From Promethearchaeota archaeon (lineage in GTDB: Archaea; Asgardarchaeota; Lokiarchaeia; Sigyniarchaeales; SOKP01), in the NCBI GenBank assembly GCA_048937405.1, contig JBHLNF010000001.1, positions 912,785-976,784 on the forward strand: a stretch of DNA of 64,000 bases. Direction: 5' to 3'. Of this stretch, positions 49,808 through 60,029 are shown one piece after another. The first letter of the stretch is position 1. Each line of letters starts with the position of its first letter. The notes under the pieces are model-generated. The model saw nothing but the letters and a program-made list of their open reading frames with translations. It had not been told where the DNA came from and ran no database searches. The translations under genes were made by a program, and so were the position numbers.

Positions 49808-49856
49808 AAATAAACAAGATGAATAATTTAGGAAAAGAAATAAAAATTTAGATATG

Positions 49857-51764
49857 CTAATTAATTGAATCTTGTTTATCAAAAAATACACGATAAAATA
49901 ACTCTCTTTCTCCCTCTTCTGGAGGAGTTATCTTGGTATATCCCCCCTTGTGAATAACACGAATTGTACCTTTGTTTTGAATATGGATATTCCCATAAAA
50001 TCCTTTAATCCCTTTTTCTTTAGCAATAATAATTAAGTGCTGGTAGAGAAAGGTTCCAATTCCTTTCTTCCTATAATCCTCCCTAACCACGAAACTATAT
50101 TCTGCCATGTTCGTTTTAGGATTTAAATAATATGTTGCACTTCCAATCATTTCCTCATTATCAATTTCCCCTATAAATGCTCCTAGTGAGAAGACATTAT
50201 CATAATCAATGTTTACTTCACTTTGAGTTTTTGAGTGAGTGAATTCTTTTCGAAGCTCAAAAAAACGTAAATATCTATCTCTTTCATTTAATGAGTAATA
50301 TAACTCTTTAAGTGCTTGTTCATCTGTTGTTTTTACAGGACGAATGTTAATTTTTTCATTATCCCTCGTTGTAAAAATAGTTTCATATTCGAAAGGATAT
50401 AAGCAAATTCGACCATCCTCATCACAAGGAAGCATTTGATCAGAGAATATGTAATTTAATTTTTTTGCCTCGTCTAATAGAGATTGTCGGAATTTTGGGT
50501 GAGCAATACAAATTAATTCAAGAACTCTTTCACGAATTGTTTTTCCATGAAGATAAGCAACACCCCACTCAGTTACAACATAATGAACATCTCCACGAGA
50601 TAATAATATTCCTGCACCTTCATCTAAATGAGGAACTATACGTGATTTTTCACCATCTCTAGATGTTGACGGTATAATAATTATAGGTTTTCCTCCTTTA
50701 GAAAATGCTGCACCTCTCATAAAATCTATGGTTTCTCCCAAACCTGAATAAAAGCTATAACCTTCAGTTGCTGCGTTTACTTGACCTGTTAAATCTATTT
50801 GCCTAGCAGAATTAATAGAGACCATCTTTTTATTCCTCCCAATTAATATTGGATTGCATACATAATCGGATGGATAAAATTCTATATAGGGATTATTGTC
50901 AACAAATTTATATAATTTGCTTGTTCCTAAAGCAAAACTTGTAACAATTTTTTCAGGATGAAAATTTTTTTTTCTACAAGTTAAAACACCATCTACAATA
51001 AGAGGTATTATATTATCTGTAATATAGTGAGAGTGCATACCCAGATCTTTTTTATCTGATAAATATTTTAGAACTGCATTTGGTAAATCCCCAAAACCAA
51101 CATGAATTGTTGATTTGTTCTCAATCAAATTCATAAGATTTCTCCCTATTCTTTCTGCAATTTCATCTGGTTCATCAAATTGAAATTCTAATATAGTAGT
51201 ATCATTATAAACAAAAAAATCAATTTCTTTCATGTGTATAAAACTATTTCCTAAAGTTCTGGGCATTTGAGGGTTAATTTCAGCAATAGTAATATAAGAT
51301 GATTGAGCAATTGGTTTTGCTATATCTATATTTATGCCTAAAGAACAGAATCCATTAGGATCAGGGGGTGTGACTTGGATTAATGCCACATCAACATGTT
51401 TTTTTCCAGTTAAAAAAAGTGACGGAATTTCACTAGTGAAGATTGGTGTATAATCCGCTTGACCTTTGTTAATTTCCTCACGAAGAGTTTTACCAATAAA
51501 CAAAGCATTGTGCCTAAAAAGATCCTCAGCTTTATCCTTAAAATATTTTTCTGGGCCTATTGTCAGAAAATGAAGAATTTCAGTATCAATTAATTTTTCA
51601 GACTGTTTAATCAATTCTGTTGTGAGTAATTGAGGCTCTGAGCAACCAGAATCAATAAATACCCTATTTCCCGGAATTATTTTCTTTATTGCTTCCTCAG
51701 CTGTTATTTCCTTATCCTTCCATTTTTCTCTCCAATCTTCTGTAATAATATCAGGATTCAACAT
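49857..51764 (-). CDS. Acetyl-CoA hydrolase/CoA-transferase family domain fused to a C-terminal GNAT acetyltransferase
   Basis: ADYTP, PPD.NGFCSLG, AEIN..MPRTLG, IDLTGQV, VVTEWGVA; C-terminal IRP...RYLRFF...YRKKGIGT. Confidence 0.9.
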   Translation of the reverse strand: MLNPDIITEDWREKWKDKEITAEEAIKKIIPGNRVFIDSGCSEPQLLTTELIKQSEKLIDTEILHFLTIGPEKYFKDKAEDLFRHNALFIGKTLREEINKGQADYTPIFTSEIPSLFLTGKKHVDVALIQVTPPDPNGFCSLGINIDIAKPIAQSSYITIAEINPQMPRTLGNSFIHMKEIDFFVYNDTTILEFQFDEPDEIAERIGRNLMNLIENKSTIHVGFGDLPNAVLKYLSDKKDLGMHSHYITDNIIPLIVDGVLTCRKKNFHPEKIVTSFALGTSKLYKFVDNNPYIEFYPSDYVCNPILIGRNKKMVSINSARQIDLTGQVNAATEGYSFYSGLGETIDFMRGAAFSKGGKPIIIIPSTSRDGEKSRIVPHLDEGAGILLSRGDVHYVVTEWGVAYLHGKTIRERVLELICIAHPKFRQSLLDEAKKLNYIFSDQMLPCDEDGRICLYPFEYETIFTTRDNEKINIRPVKTTDEQALKELYYSLNERDRYLRFFELRKEFTHSKTQSEVNIDYDNVFSLGAFIGEIDNEEMIGSATYYLNPKTNMAEYSFVVREDYRKKGIGTFLYQHLIIIAKEKGIKGFYGNIHIQNKGTIRVIHKGGYTKITPPEEGERELFYRVFFDKQDSIN

Positions 51765-52189
51765 AGTTATACATCAAAATTTAATTTTTAATTATAAGTA
51801 CAATATCTAATCTTTTTTTTCAATTATTTCTCATCAATATAATGTTTTTGTAATTATAAATATAATTTTTAGTAGATTTAATGACTTTTTTTTTAATATA
51901 ATGATCATTAAAGACCAAATAGTTCAATTTTACATATAAAAAACAAACCTTACTGTTTCTATTATCTATTAATTGAAGAAAAATTTCTATAATTATAATT
52001 AAATTATAAGTAAAATGTTTAAATGTAATTATATATATTTCCCAATTGATTAAATTCTATCCATTTATACTAGAAAAGTTTAAATGTGATACATCAAAAA
52101 AAAAAAATCTTTAAAATTTTTAAAGAATTTACTATAATTAGATATTTTAACAATTAAAATAAATATTAAATTTGTTTAAGTGAAGAAAT

Positions 52190-54172
52190 TTGTCAAATGA
52201 AGATAAGAAAATGGAAAGTATCTTAACTGAGAACAGAATTTTCGACCCTGTAAAATTAAACGAGGAATTTACGAAGACTGGAATGTCTTTTGAAGAATAT
52301 AAAAGCCTTTATACTCAATCAATTGAAGATTTAGAAGGTTTTTGGGGTGAACAAGCGAAATCTCTTGATTGGTTTACTCCATATGAAAAAGTTTGGGAAA
52401 AAACCGACTTATTTCCAGGTAAGTGGTTTGTTGGGGGCAAACTTAATGTTGCTTATAATTGTCTTGATAGGCATGTAAAAAATGGAAAAGGAGATCAAGT
52501 AGCTCTTATTTGGGAAGCTGATGAACCCGGACAAGTTAAATCTTATACTTATAATGAATTACTTGCTGAAGTAAGTAAAACTGCTAATGCAATGAAAAAA
52601 GTTGGATTAAAAAAAGGAGACAGAGTTACCATTTGGCTTCCTATGATTCCTGAATTGGCAATAATCATGTTAGCATGTGCTCGGATCGGTGTTATTCATT
52701 CAATAGTATTTGGTGGATTTTCTAAAGAAGCAGTGAAAGATAGGATTGAAGATTCAAATTCTCGATTGTTATTTACTAGCGATGAAACCGCTAGAGCTGG
52801 AAAATTTTATCCAAAAATGTCTGATGTAGTCCAGATCATCAATGATGTACCTACAATTGAACATGTTATTGTTGTAAAACGAACTGGAAGAGAAGTTCCT
52901 CATACTGATAAAGATATTTGGTATCATGATTTTATAGAAGGAATGAGTGAGGAATGCGAACCTGAAATAATGGATTCTGAAGATACCTTATTTATTCTTT
53001 ATACTAGTGGTACTACGGGAAAACCAAAGGGAGTAAATCATACAACAGCAGGATATATATTATATACATCTTTTACTCACAAAGTTGTATTCAATTATCA
53101 AGATGGAGATATTTGGTATTGTACTGCGGATATTGGATGGATTACTGGGCATTCTTATATTACATATGGTCCGTTAGCTAATGGTGCTACGACGCTTATG
53201 TTTGAGGGTGTTCCAACTTACCCTGATGTTGATCGATTCTGGGATATTGTTGAACGTCATAAAGTAACCCATTTCTATACAGCTCCTACAGCGATTCGTG
53301 CTTTAATGAGATATGGTGATGAACCTGTCAATAAACATGACCTTAATTCCTTAAAAGTTCTGGGTACTGTTGGAGAACCTATTAATCCAGAAGCATGGAC
53401 ATGGTATCATCGTATAGTAGGTAAAGAACGTTGCCCCATTGTTGATACTTACTGGCAGACGGAGACTGGAGGTTTCATCATGACTCCTATAGCAACAGCC
53501 ACACCCACTAAACCAGGATCATGCTGTCTACCATTCTTAGGTATTAAACCAATTATTTTCGATTTGGAAGGGGAAGAAGTAACAGAGCCTCATGAAGGCG
53601 GATATTTTGCAATAGGAAAACCTTGGCCTGGAATGTTAAGAGATGTTTGGGGTGATACTGAAAGATTTAAATCAACATATCTTGAACGATATCCCGGTTA
53701 TTATTACACTGGCGATGGAGCACGACGAGATGAAGATGGATACTATTGGATTTTAGGTAGGTTAGATGATGTTATTAAAGTATCAGGGCATAGAATTGGT
53801 ACAATGGAAGTAGAATCCGCTCTTGTTAGCCATCCTAGTGTTGCAGAAGCTGCTGTTGCTCCATTCCCACATAAAATCAAAGGTCAAGCAATTTATGCAT
53901 ATGTAACATTAATGCAAGGCGTTGAAAAGTCAGCAAAGTTGGCTAATGAAATCAGGATGCATGTTAGACAAGAAATTGGTCCTGTTTTTCAACCAGATGT
54001 TATACAATTTGCCGATGCTTTACCAAAGACGAGAAGTGGTAAAATTATGCGTAGAATCTTAAAAGCAATTGCGGCGGGAACAGAAATTGGTAATGTAACA
54101 ACATTAGCAGATCCTGCTGTAGTAGATGATTTAATTAATGAACGTAAGAAAATGGATGTAGAAATGGGTTAA
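52190..54172 (+). CDS. acs: Acetyl-CoA synthetase (AMP-forming)
   Basis: YTSGTTGKPKG, WYCTADIGWITGH, VGEPINP, DTYWQTETG, SGHRIG, PKTRSGKIMRR. Confidence 0.97.
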   Translation: MSNEDKKMESILTENRIFDPVKLNEEFTKTGMSFEEYKSLYTQSIEDLEGFWGEQAKSLDWFTPYEKVWEKTDLFPGKWFVGGKLNVAYNCLDRHVKNGKGDQVALIWEADEPGQVKSYTYNELLAEVSKTANAMKKVGLKKGDRVTIWLPMIPELAIIMLACARIGVIHSIVFGGFSKEAVKDRIEDSNSRLLFTSDETARAGKFYPKMSDVVQIINDVPTIEHVIVVKRTGREVPHTDKDIWYHDFIEGMSEECEPEIMDSEDTLFILYTSGTTGKPKGVNHTTAGYILYTSFTHKVVFNYQDGDIWYCTADIGWITGHSYITYGPLANGATTLMFEGVPTYPDVDRFWDIVERHKVTHFYTAPTAIRALMRYGDEPVNKHDLNSLKVLGTVGEPINPEAWTWYHRIVGKERCPIVDTYWQTETGGFIMTPIATATPTKPGSCCLPFLGIKPIIFDLEGEEVTEPHEGGYFAIGKPWPGMLRDVWGDTERFKSTYLERYPGYYYTGDGARRDEDGYYWILGRLDDVIKVSGHRIGTMEVESALVSHPSVAEAAVAPFPHKIKGQAIYAYVTLMQGVEKSAKLANEIRMHVRQEIGPVFQPDVIQFADALPKTRSGKIMRRILKAIAAGTEIGNVTTLADPAVVDDLINERKKMDVEMG

Positions 54173-54614
54173 ATCTTAATTTTTTTATATTTTTTTAATT
54201 TAAGTTACTTTTTCTTAACACTCTTTAATATTTTGGAATATGGAAATACTCCCATTGAGTTATTTTTTACCTTCTTCTTTAAAGAAATTTTTTAAGAAAA
54301 TCCTATTTTAGTTAAATGGTTTAATAAGATCACAATTTACTTCCACTGCATCCACTTCCTATATATTGTATTGTTCTAATATTATTCTTATTCAATTATC
54401 TCGATTAAAGAAGTAACAGATGTTTCATTTCAAAAAGATTAGATTGTATCAGTAAAAAGTGATTTAAGAGGCTTTAATTTATGACTTTAGCATATTCTCT
54501 TTACATTTTCTTTCCTTATTCAATATATACCACTTAGAAATAAAGAAAATTAACCTTATTTCGAATTAAAACGAACATTATCTATATAAAAAACTATATA
54601 TATATCTTTTTTTA

Positions 54615-55037
54615 TTGTTTAGTGAAAAAACTGTAAAATATATTAAACTATTGGTGATTATAATAGAAATACAATTTAGTACTGAGAAAATAAATAGAGA
54701 GGTTGTCAATTTTCAATCCCTACATTTAACTCCAGAACAAAAAAATGTAATAAATTCGTTAATTCATGTTATCAGTCAAAAAATAGATATTCGGGAAATG
54801 GCATTAAAGGGATTTCTCTGCAGAGTCTTACGTGTCTTTCAAGAGAAAAGAGGCATGAAATTGGACAGATCAATGACTCTTACTCCAACAGAAAGAATAG
54901 AAGGATTGGTAGAAATATTTATGATGCTAAAAAAAGAACTTACAAAAATGCTAATTGATGAAGAAGAAGAACCAAAACTAGAAAAAGCATTAATGGAAGC
55001 TTTAGAACTATATAAAAGTCAATTTGTAAATAGATAA
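54615..55037 (+). CDS. Hypothetical helical protein (start uncertain)
   Basis: 140-aa ORF with plausible composition; no motif recognised. Confidence 0.55.
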   Translation: MFSEKTVKYIKLLVIIIEIQFSTEKINREVVNFQSLHLTPEQKNVINSLIHVISQKIDIREMALKGFLCRVLRVFQEKRGMKLDRSMTLTPTERIEGLVEIFMMLKKELTKMLIDEEEEPKLEKALMEALELYKSQFVNR

Positions 55038-55090
55038 TCTCCCCTATAAACTACTAATAATATAATTATTTTTTTTTAAATTCTTCTTAT

Positions 55091-56104
55091 TTATATTTTT
55101 AAAATTCGTAGAGCTTCATTTATTATCCTTTTTGTATTCGGCAGAACTTGATCTTCTAATGTTCTTGAATATGGGATGGTAGTTTCAGTACAAACGCGAC
55201 CGAATTTAAAAGATAGTTCACTTTCTAAAAGCAAAGCACAAATTTCACCTGATAGTCCAAAATTTTTGTAATCCTCATCAACAATTATGAGGGCTTTAGT
55301 TTTACCTACAGAACTTTTCAAACTCTCTATATCTAAAGGATTAACACATCTTAAATCTAATACTTCAGCTGAAACACCTTTTTCTTCTAAATAATTAGCT
55401 GCTTCAATAGAACGATGAACACCAACACCAATACTAACTATTGTAATATCATTTCCTTCTTTTATTTGATTTAATTTACCTAAAGGAATAGGTTTCCATA
55501 CATCAGGTACTGTTCCCTCAAGACCTTCTTCTGGAACATTGTATGAAACTGTGGTTCTCCCACCACTCCCTAAGAAATCAAGCCAGTAATCAGCAAGTAA
55601 TTTATGTTCAAAAAAAATAACGGGATTGTTTTCATATATGGAAGAAAGCATCAATCCACCAGCATCAGCAGGATTAGATGGAACTACAATATTTAATCCT
55701 GGTATATGGGCTAACCACCCCCATAAGCTCTGTTCATGTTGTCCACCATCACCATAACCCCCACCACATGCAGTTCTTATAACGAGAGGAACATTCCATT
55801 TATTACCTGAAAAGAATGATATTTTCGCAGCATGATTTAGTATCGCATCCATAGCGACCCCAATAAAATCAACTAGCATAACTTCGACAATTGGACGTAA
55901 TCCAGCCATTGCTGCTGTAACTGCTGCCCCTACAAATGCACTCTCACTTATAGGCGTAGATATTATTCTTTCTTTTCCGAATCGAGCATATAAATTTAAT
56001 CTTAATCCATGTACATCTTCTCCCATAATAAAAACGTTTTCATCTTCTTCCATAACTTTAACAATTACATTTTCTATTGCTTCTGCGAATCCCATTTTAG
56101 TCAT
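55091..56104 (-). CDS. 2-oxoacid/acetoin dehydrogenase E1 beta subunit
   Basis: MGEDV, TPISE, GLRPIVEVM, GGQHEQ, HIPGL, PVIFFEHK, DLR...PLD. Confidence 0.92.
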   Translation of the reverse strand: MTKMGFAEAIENVIVKVMEEDENVFIMGEDVHGLRLNLYARFGKERIISTPISESAFVGAAVTAAMAGLRPIVEVMLVDFIGVAMDAILNHAAKISFFSGNKWNVPLVIRTACGGGYGDGGQHEQSLWGWLAHIPGLNIVVPSNPADAGGLMLSSIYENNPVIFFEHKLLADYWLDFLGSGGRTTVSYNVPEEGLEGTVPDVWKPIPLGKLNQIKEGNDITIVSIGVGVHRSIEAANYLEEKGVSAEVLDLRCVNPLDIESLKSSVGKTKALIIVDEDYKNFGLSGEICALLLESELSFKFGRVCTETTIPYSRTLEDQVLPNTKRIINEALRILKI

Positions 56105-57110
56105 TTTTCATTCCTCCTTCAGAAATCTCTAATACATTATTAATAGATTGCTCTATTTCATTAGATAATTGTTGGTCTATTTGTTTAAGACGCTCTGACT
56201 CATGTCTCAATTTCTTCTGAATAATAGCTATAGGATCAACTCTTTTCTTTGTTTGACCTCCAATCTTTCGTAAAAGTAAAAGAACCTCATCTAAATTTTT
56301 ACCTGCATATTTTTTAAGAGAATCAACAACTTCAGTTAATAAATTCGGATTTCGATTATATCTGAGTAAAAGATCTCCAAGAAAGTGTCCTTCTGTATGC
56401 ACACAATGTGCATGAATAAATTGAGGTTTGTTTGTACTACGAATTTTGGAGATCGCTTCGTTTGCCACTTTCCAAACCGCCTCTACATCCGTTCCATCAA
56501 CTTCATATCCTTCAATGCCAAAACCTTTTGCTCTTTCAATCAAATTTCCCCCTATCACATCATTCGTAATTGTAGAAATAGCCCAATTATTATCTTTACA
56601 AACAAAGAAGACAGGTAAATTTAAACTAGAAGCCAAATTCATTGATTCAAGCATCATACCTTGATTCATTGCTCCCTCTCCAAAGAATGCAACCGCAATA
56701 TTTGGCTTCTTTTTATATTTTAAAGCTAAAGCAAATCCAGTAGCTGCTGGACCTGATGCCCCTACAATGCCAGAAGAAGCAATTAAATGTTCCTTCGAAA
56801 AAAGATGCATATGACCTCCATTCCCTGCACATAAACCTTTGGAATGACCAAAAAATTCTAATAATAACAGAATTGGATCAATTCCACGCATTATAAATGG
56901 AGGAGTCCCACGATGATCAGTGGCTATAGCATCACCTTGTTCCAATTGTGAAACTATAGCCGCTATAATTGCTTCTTCTCCAGTTCCAAGATGCATTTCA
57001 CCTGAAATTTTTCCCATTATCCATAAGTCCTTTACAGCATTTTCAAAAAGGCGACTTTTCATCATCATTCGATAAAGTTGCCATATATCATATTCACCCA
57101 TAAGATTCAC
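56097..57110 (-). CDS. 2-oxoacid/acetoin dehydrogenase E1 alpha subunit
   Basis: GEMHLGTGEEA, HRG, GGHMH, GIVG, TPP motif GEGAMNQG...NN. Confidence 0.92.
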   Translation of the reverse strand: MNLMGEYDIWQLYRMMMKSRLFENAVKDLWIMGKISGEMHLGTGEEAIIAAIVSQLEQGDAIATDHRGTPPFIMRGIDPILLLLEFFGHSKGLCAGNGGHMHLFSKEHLIASSGIVGASGPAATGFALALKYKKKPNIAVAFFGEGAMNQGMMLESMNLASSLNLPVFFVCKDNNWAISTITNDVIGGNLIERAKGFGIEGYEVDGTDVEAVWKVANEAISKIRSTNKPQFIHAHCVHTEGHFLGDLLLRYNRNPNLLTEVVDSLKKYAGKNLDEVLLLLRKIGGQTKKRVDPIAIIQKKLRHESERLKQIDQQLSNEIEQSINNVLEISEGGMKND

Positions 57111-57171
57111 ATTACTTATCTTATCTTACTCTAACTTTCTTTATATTTTAATTTTTTTTTTTGAATTGAAA

Positions 57172-57318
57172 TTAGTATAATATTATGTTTCTAATTTCAA
57201 CCTGTTCTATATACTCATCTAACTTCTTTTCTAATTCAGATTCCAATAGATATGATTTGTGTCGTTTTAAAATTTCTTTAACTTTTTTTTGAGCTTTATC
57301 AATTATATCAAGGTTCAT
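57172..57318 (-). pseudogene. 48-codon ORF resembling the C-terminal helices of MttB-family methyltransferases (probable remnant)
   Basis: MNLDIIDKAQKKVKEILKRHKSYLLESELEKKLDEYIEQVE; resemblance is from memory only. Confidence 0.35.
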
Positions 57319-57412
57319 TTTATGAATCCTCTTTACTTTAATTTTATTTTATAATCTCTCTAATCTTTAAAGGAAAAAAATAAAAGAATACGAATAAATT
57401 GACCTTTATTTC

Positions 57413-58822
57413 TTATTTTTGACGATTAATTATTCTTTCAATAAGTAAGATTATGATTACAATAAATCCGATTGGAGGAAATATTAATAGAAATAACCTA
57501 AATACCCATAATTCTGCTATATGTTCAGCAAGTACAAACATTAATCCATCTATAAAAGTACTAATTAAGGAAAAACATGTAAATAGAAATAAAATATTGT
57601 TCATTTTATTATCACTTAATTCCTGCAATCTTTCTTTACCCCTATTATGTAAATATTCAAAGACATCTAATTTTTCCATAAAAAAAGCTTCCATTTGAGA
57701 ATTCCTCCAACTTTCAATAGACTGTTGATATATAAAATGGGCAAATGGAGCTAAATTTTGTAAATAATTGGATTTATTTAAAGAATACAATTCCATTTCC
57801 ATTCTTAATTTATTTATCCATCTAACAGCTTTCCTTACACGTCGTTTTTGTAAACCCTGATAAGACACAAGTTGATTTAAACGCCGATACAAGATTTCAT
57901 TAAATATTTGTAGAGTTCGCCATTCAATTTCTAAATATCTCAATGCTTCCTTAGCATAATTAAATTCTTTATCATTTAATCCAGCCCATAAACTATTTCC
58001 CCATCCAATATGCACAAAACCCTCTGTATCTTTGGCAAAATTGATTCGACCTTCAGGATGACTAACTTCGATAATCTTTTTCATAATTTCATCTATGGGT
58101 AATATTTCTTGTGGATTTTTTTTGTTTCTTACAAGTACAATATGCCCCCATAAAGGAGTATTAGATTGCTGGGTGCTAAACAATTCTTCATAGGTAAGTA
58201 TTGGATTTCCGATATTTAATTCTTCAAAAATCGCCTGAGATATTCTAAAAACATTATTTCCAATCGATTCACTTTCTTTTAATAGATCTGGAAATCGTAC
58301 AATTTTATCTAGTAAATCTGCCACTATTTTTTTTGGGTCTTTCTCCTTTATTTTTAAGAGTTCTTCTTTAAATTCTACTTCTAGCTTACAATAAATCATT
58401 CCAACCCCGTATTCATGAAAACTCATGGATTCAAAAATAAGTAGTGGAGGTACTTTAAATATGTTCATTCGAATTATATCCAATGATAAAGTATATTTTT
58501 TTTTAACTTGGATAGTAACAATACTTTTATCTCTTTGAGTAGCACCACTTCCTCCAGTACCTGTAAAAAGAAGCTCATCTATCTCACCATGAATCACTTT
58601 TTCATCTGTTTTTGCCCACTTTTTTATACTTTCGATTGGATTAACTTCATCTTTAAACTTTTCAATTAAAATCTGGTCAGGATAAATATTATCTAATTTT
58701 AAAAAGAGAAGTTTTCTTATTTTTTCATATTTTCCAATTAAAGTAGAATAATCAAAAACCATTCTTGAATTGAAAGGAGTAATAACATAAAAAATATCTT
58801 TTCTATCATCTGCTTTTTCCAT
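57413..58822 (-). CDS. Hypothetical protein with large soluble domain and two C-terminal TM helices (CorA-like topology, no GMN motif)
   Basis: Long helix into NNILFLFTCFSLIS and a second hydrophobic helix at the C-terminus. Confidence 0.55.
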   Translation of the reverse strand: MEKADDRKDIFYVITPFNSRMVFDYSTLIGKYEKIRKLLFLKLDNIYPDQILIEKFKDEVNPIESIKKWAKTDEKVIHGEIDELLFTGTGGSGATQRDKSIVTIQVKKKYTLSLDIIRMNIFKVPPLLIFESMSFHEYGVGMIYCKLEVEFKEELLKIKEKDPKKIVADLLDKIVRFPDLLKESESIGNNVFRISQAIFEELNIGNPILTYEELFSTQQSNTPLWGHIVLVRNKKNPQEILPIDEIMKKIIEVSHPEGRINFAKDTEGFVHIGWGNSLWAGLNDKEFNYAKEALRYLEIEWRTLQIFNEILYRRLNQLVSYQGLQKRRVRKAVRWINKLRMEMELYSLNKSNYLQNLAPFAHFIYQQSIESWRNSQMEAFFMEKLDVFEYLHNRGKERLQELSDNKMNNILFLFTCFSLISTFIDGLMFVLAEHIAELWVFRLFLLIFPPIGFIVIIILLIERIINRQK

Positions 58823-59060
58823 TCTTAATTCACAATACTGTAGTATTTCTAAAATTAATTATTAATAATTATATATCTAATTAGTAAAATAATTTTGGAA
58901 AAAGAAAAGTACAATATTATCACTACTATAAAATACCCTAACTCAAGGATTAGTGTTCCAAGCATAGGAACAAAGACAATAACGTAGAATATTTTAACTA
59001 TTAATATTATATGCTCACTAGTCTCTATAGTTCTATTTGATATAGATACATTTTTTTAAA

Positions 59061-59903
59061 TCACCCCTTTGACCAATTTCCAATAGCATATAATAGATTT
59101 AATTTTTCATGAATTTCTTTGCCACAAATCATCCTAACATTGATTTGATTTTCTAGTTTAGTTAAATTGACTGACTTAAAGAACTTTTTAGGTAAATTTT
59201 GATGTTCAGAGATAATCACATGATTGGCTCCCAAAGTTATACCCCTCTTTGTGATCTCTATAGCAGTTTCTAAATTTTTGGCAATTAGTGGTCCTAGTCT
59301 TCTATTTACCAATAAACCATACCCTTCATTTTCGATGCTAATCACTTTAGCACCTAATCTAACCTTCAAGTTCAAATATTTACTTCTATTAAAACCTACT
59401 GCTTGTTTGTCAAGACTTACTAACCATTCTGGAATAATATCTGAAATCCTTACTTCTTTGTTAATATTATCAAATTCAAAAGAATATGTTGGTAAATTAT
59501 ACATTGTTCCATAAAAACTTCTCAGAAAACCAAACTTTTTATAAATTGGCTCTCCTAAATTAGAAGCATAGAGTATTTTTGTCTCACAACCCATTTCATC
59601 TGCAATTCTCAAAAGATTCTTAAAGATCTCTGTACCTACTCCTTTTCCCCTATATTCCGGTAATACTGACATATGGCCAATGCTACTTACCTTTCCAAAG
59701 AAAAATACAGCACCGATACCAAAAATCTTTCCATTATCTTCAGAAATTAGAAATTTCCCAATTTTCCATTCTATTAGAGATTTCCATATTTTCATTTCTT
59801 CTGTAATATCATCTGGAAGGATTCTACTAAAAGCAGTATAAAAAACCTTTATACATTTTGAAATTTCCTTATCCTCTGGGACTCTAATAATATATTTACT
59901 CAT
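59061..59903 (-). CDS. GNAT N-acetyltransferase (YitH-like tandem architecture)
   Basis: VLPEYRGKGVGT, IYKKFGF; second domain D....GFNR...LGPLIA. Confidence 0.88.
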   Translation of the reverse strand: MSKYIIRVPEDKEISKCIKVFYTAFSRILPDDITEEMKIWKSLIEWKIGKFLISEDNGKIFGIGAVFFFGKVSSIGHMSVLPEYRGKGVGTEIFKNLLRIADEMGCETKILYASNLGEPIYKKFGFLRSFYGTMYNLPTYSFEFDNINKEVRISDIIPEWLVSLDKQAVGFNRSKYLNLKVRLGAKVISIENEGYGLLVNRRLGPLIAKNLETAIEITKRGITLGANHVIISEHQNLPKKFFKSVNLTKLENQINVRMICGKEIHEKLNLLYAIGNWSKG

Positions 59904-60029
59904 AAATATCTATAATAATGGTTTTTTTTAAAAGTATAAACATAAATAAATTAATTTTTTTTAAATATTTCAGAGTTTTTTTGATTTTTCTTAATTTATA
60001 TTCATTTTATTAATAAAAGGGTTTTAAAA

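Noticed and set aside
54240-54560. Possible decayed gene downstream of acs
   Set aside because: No frame long enough or recognisable.
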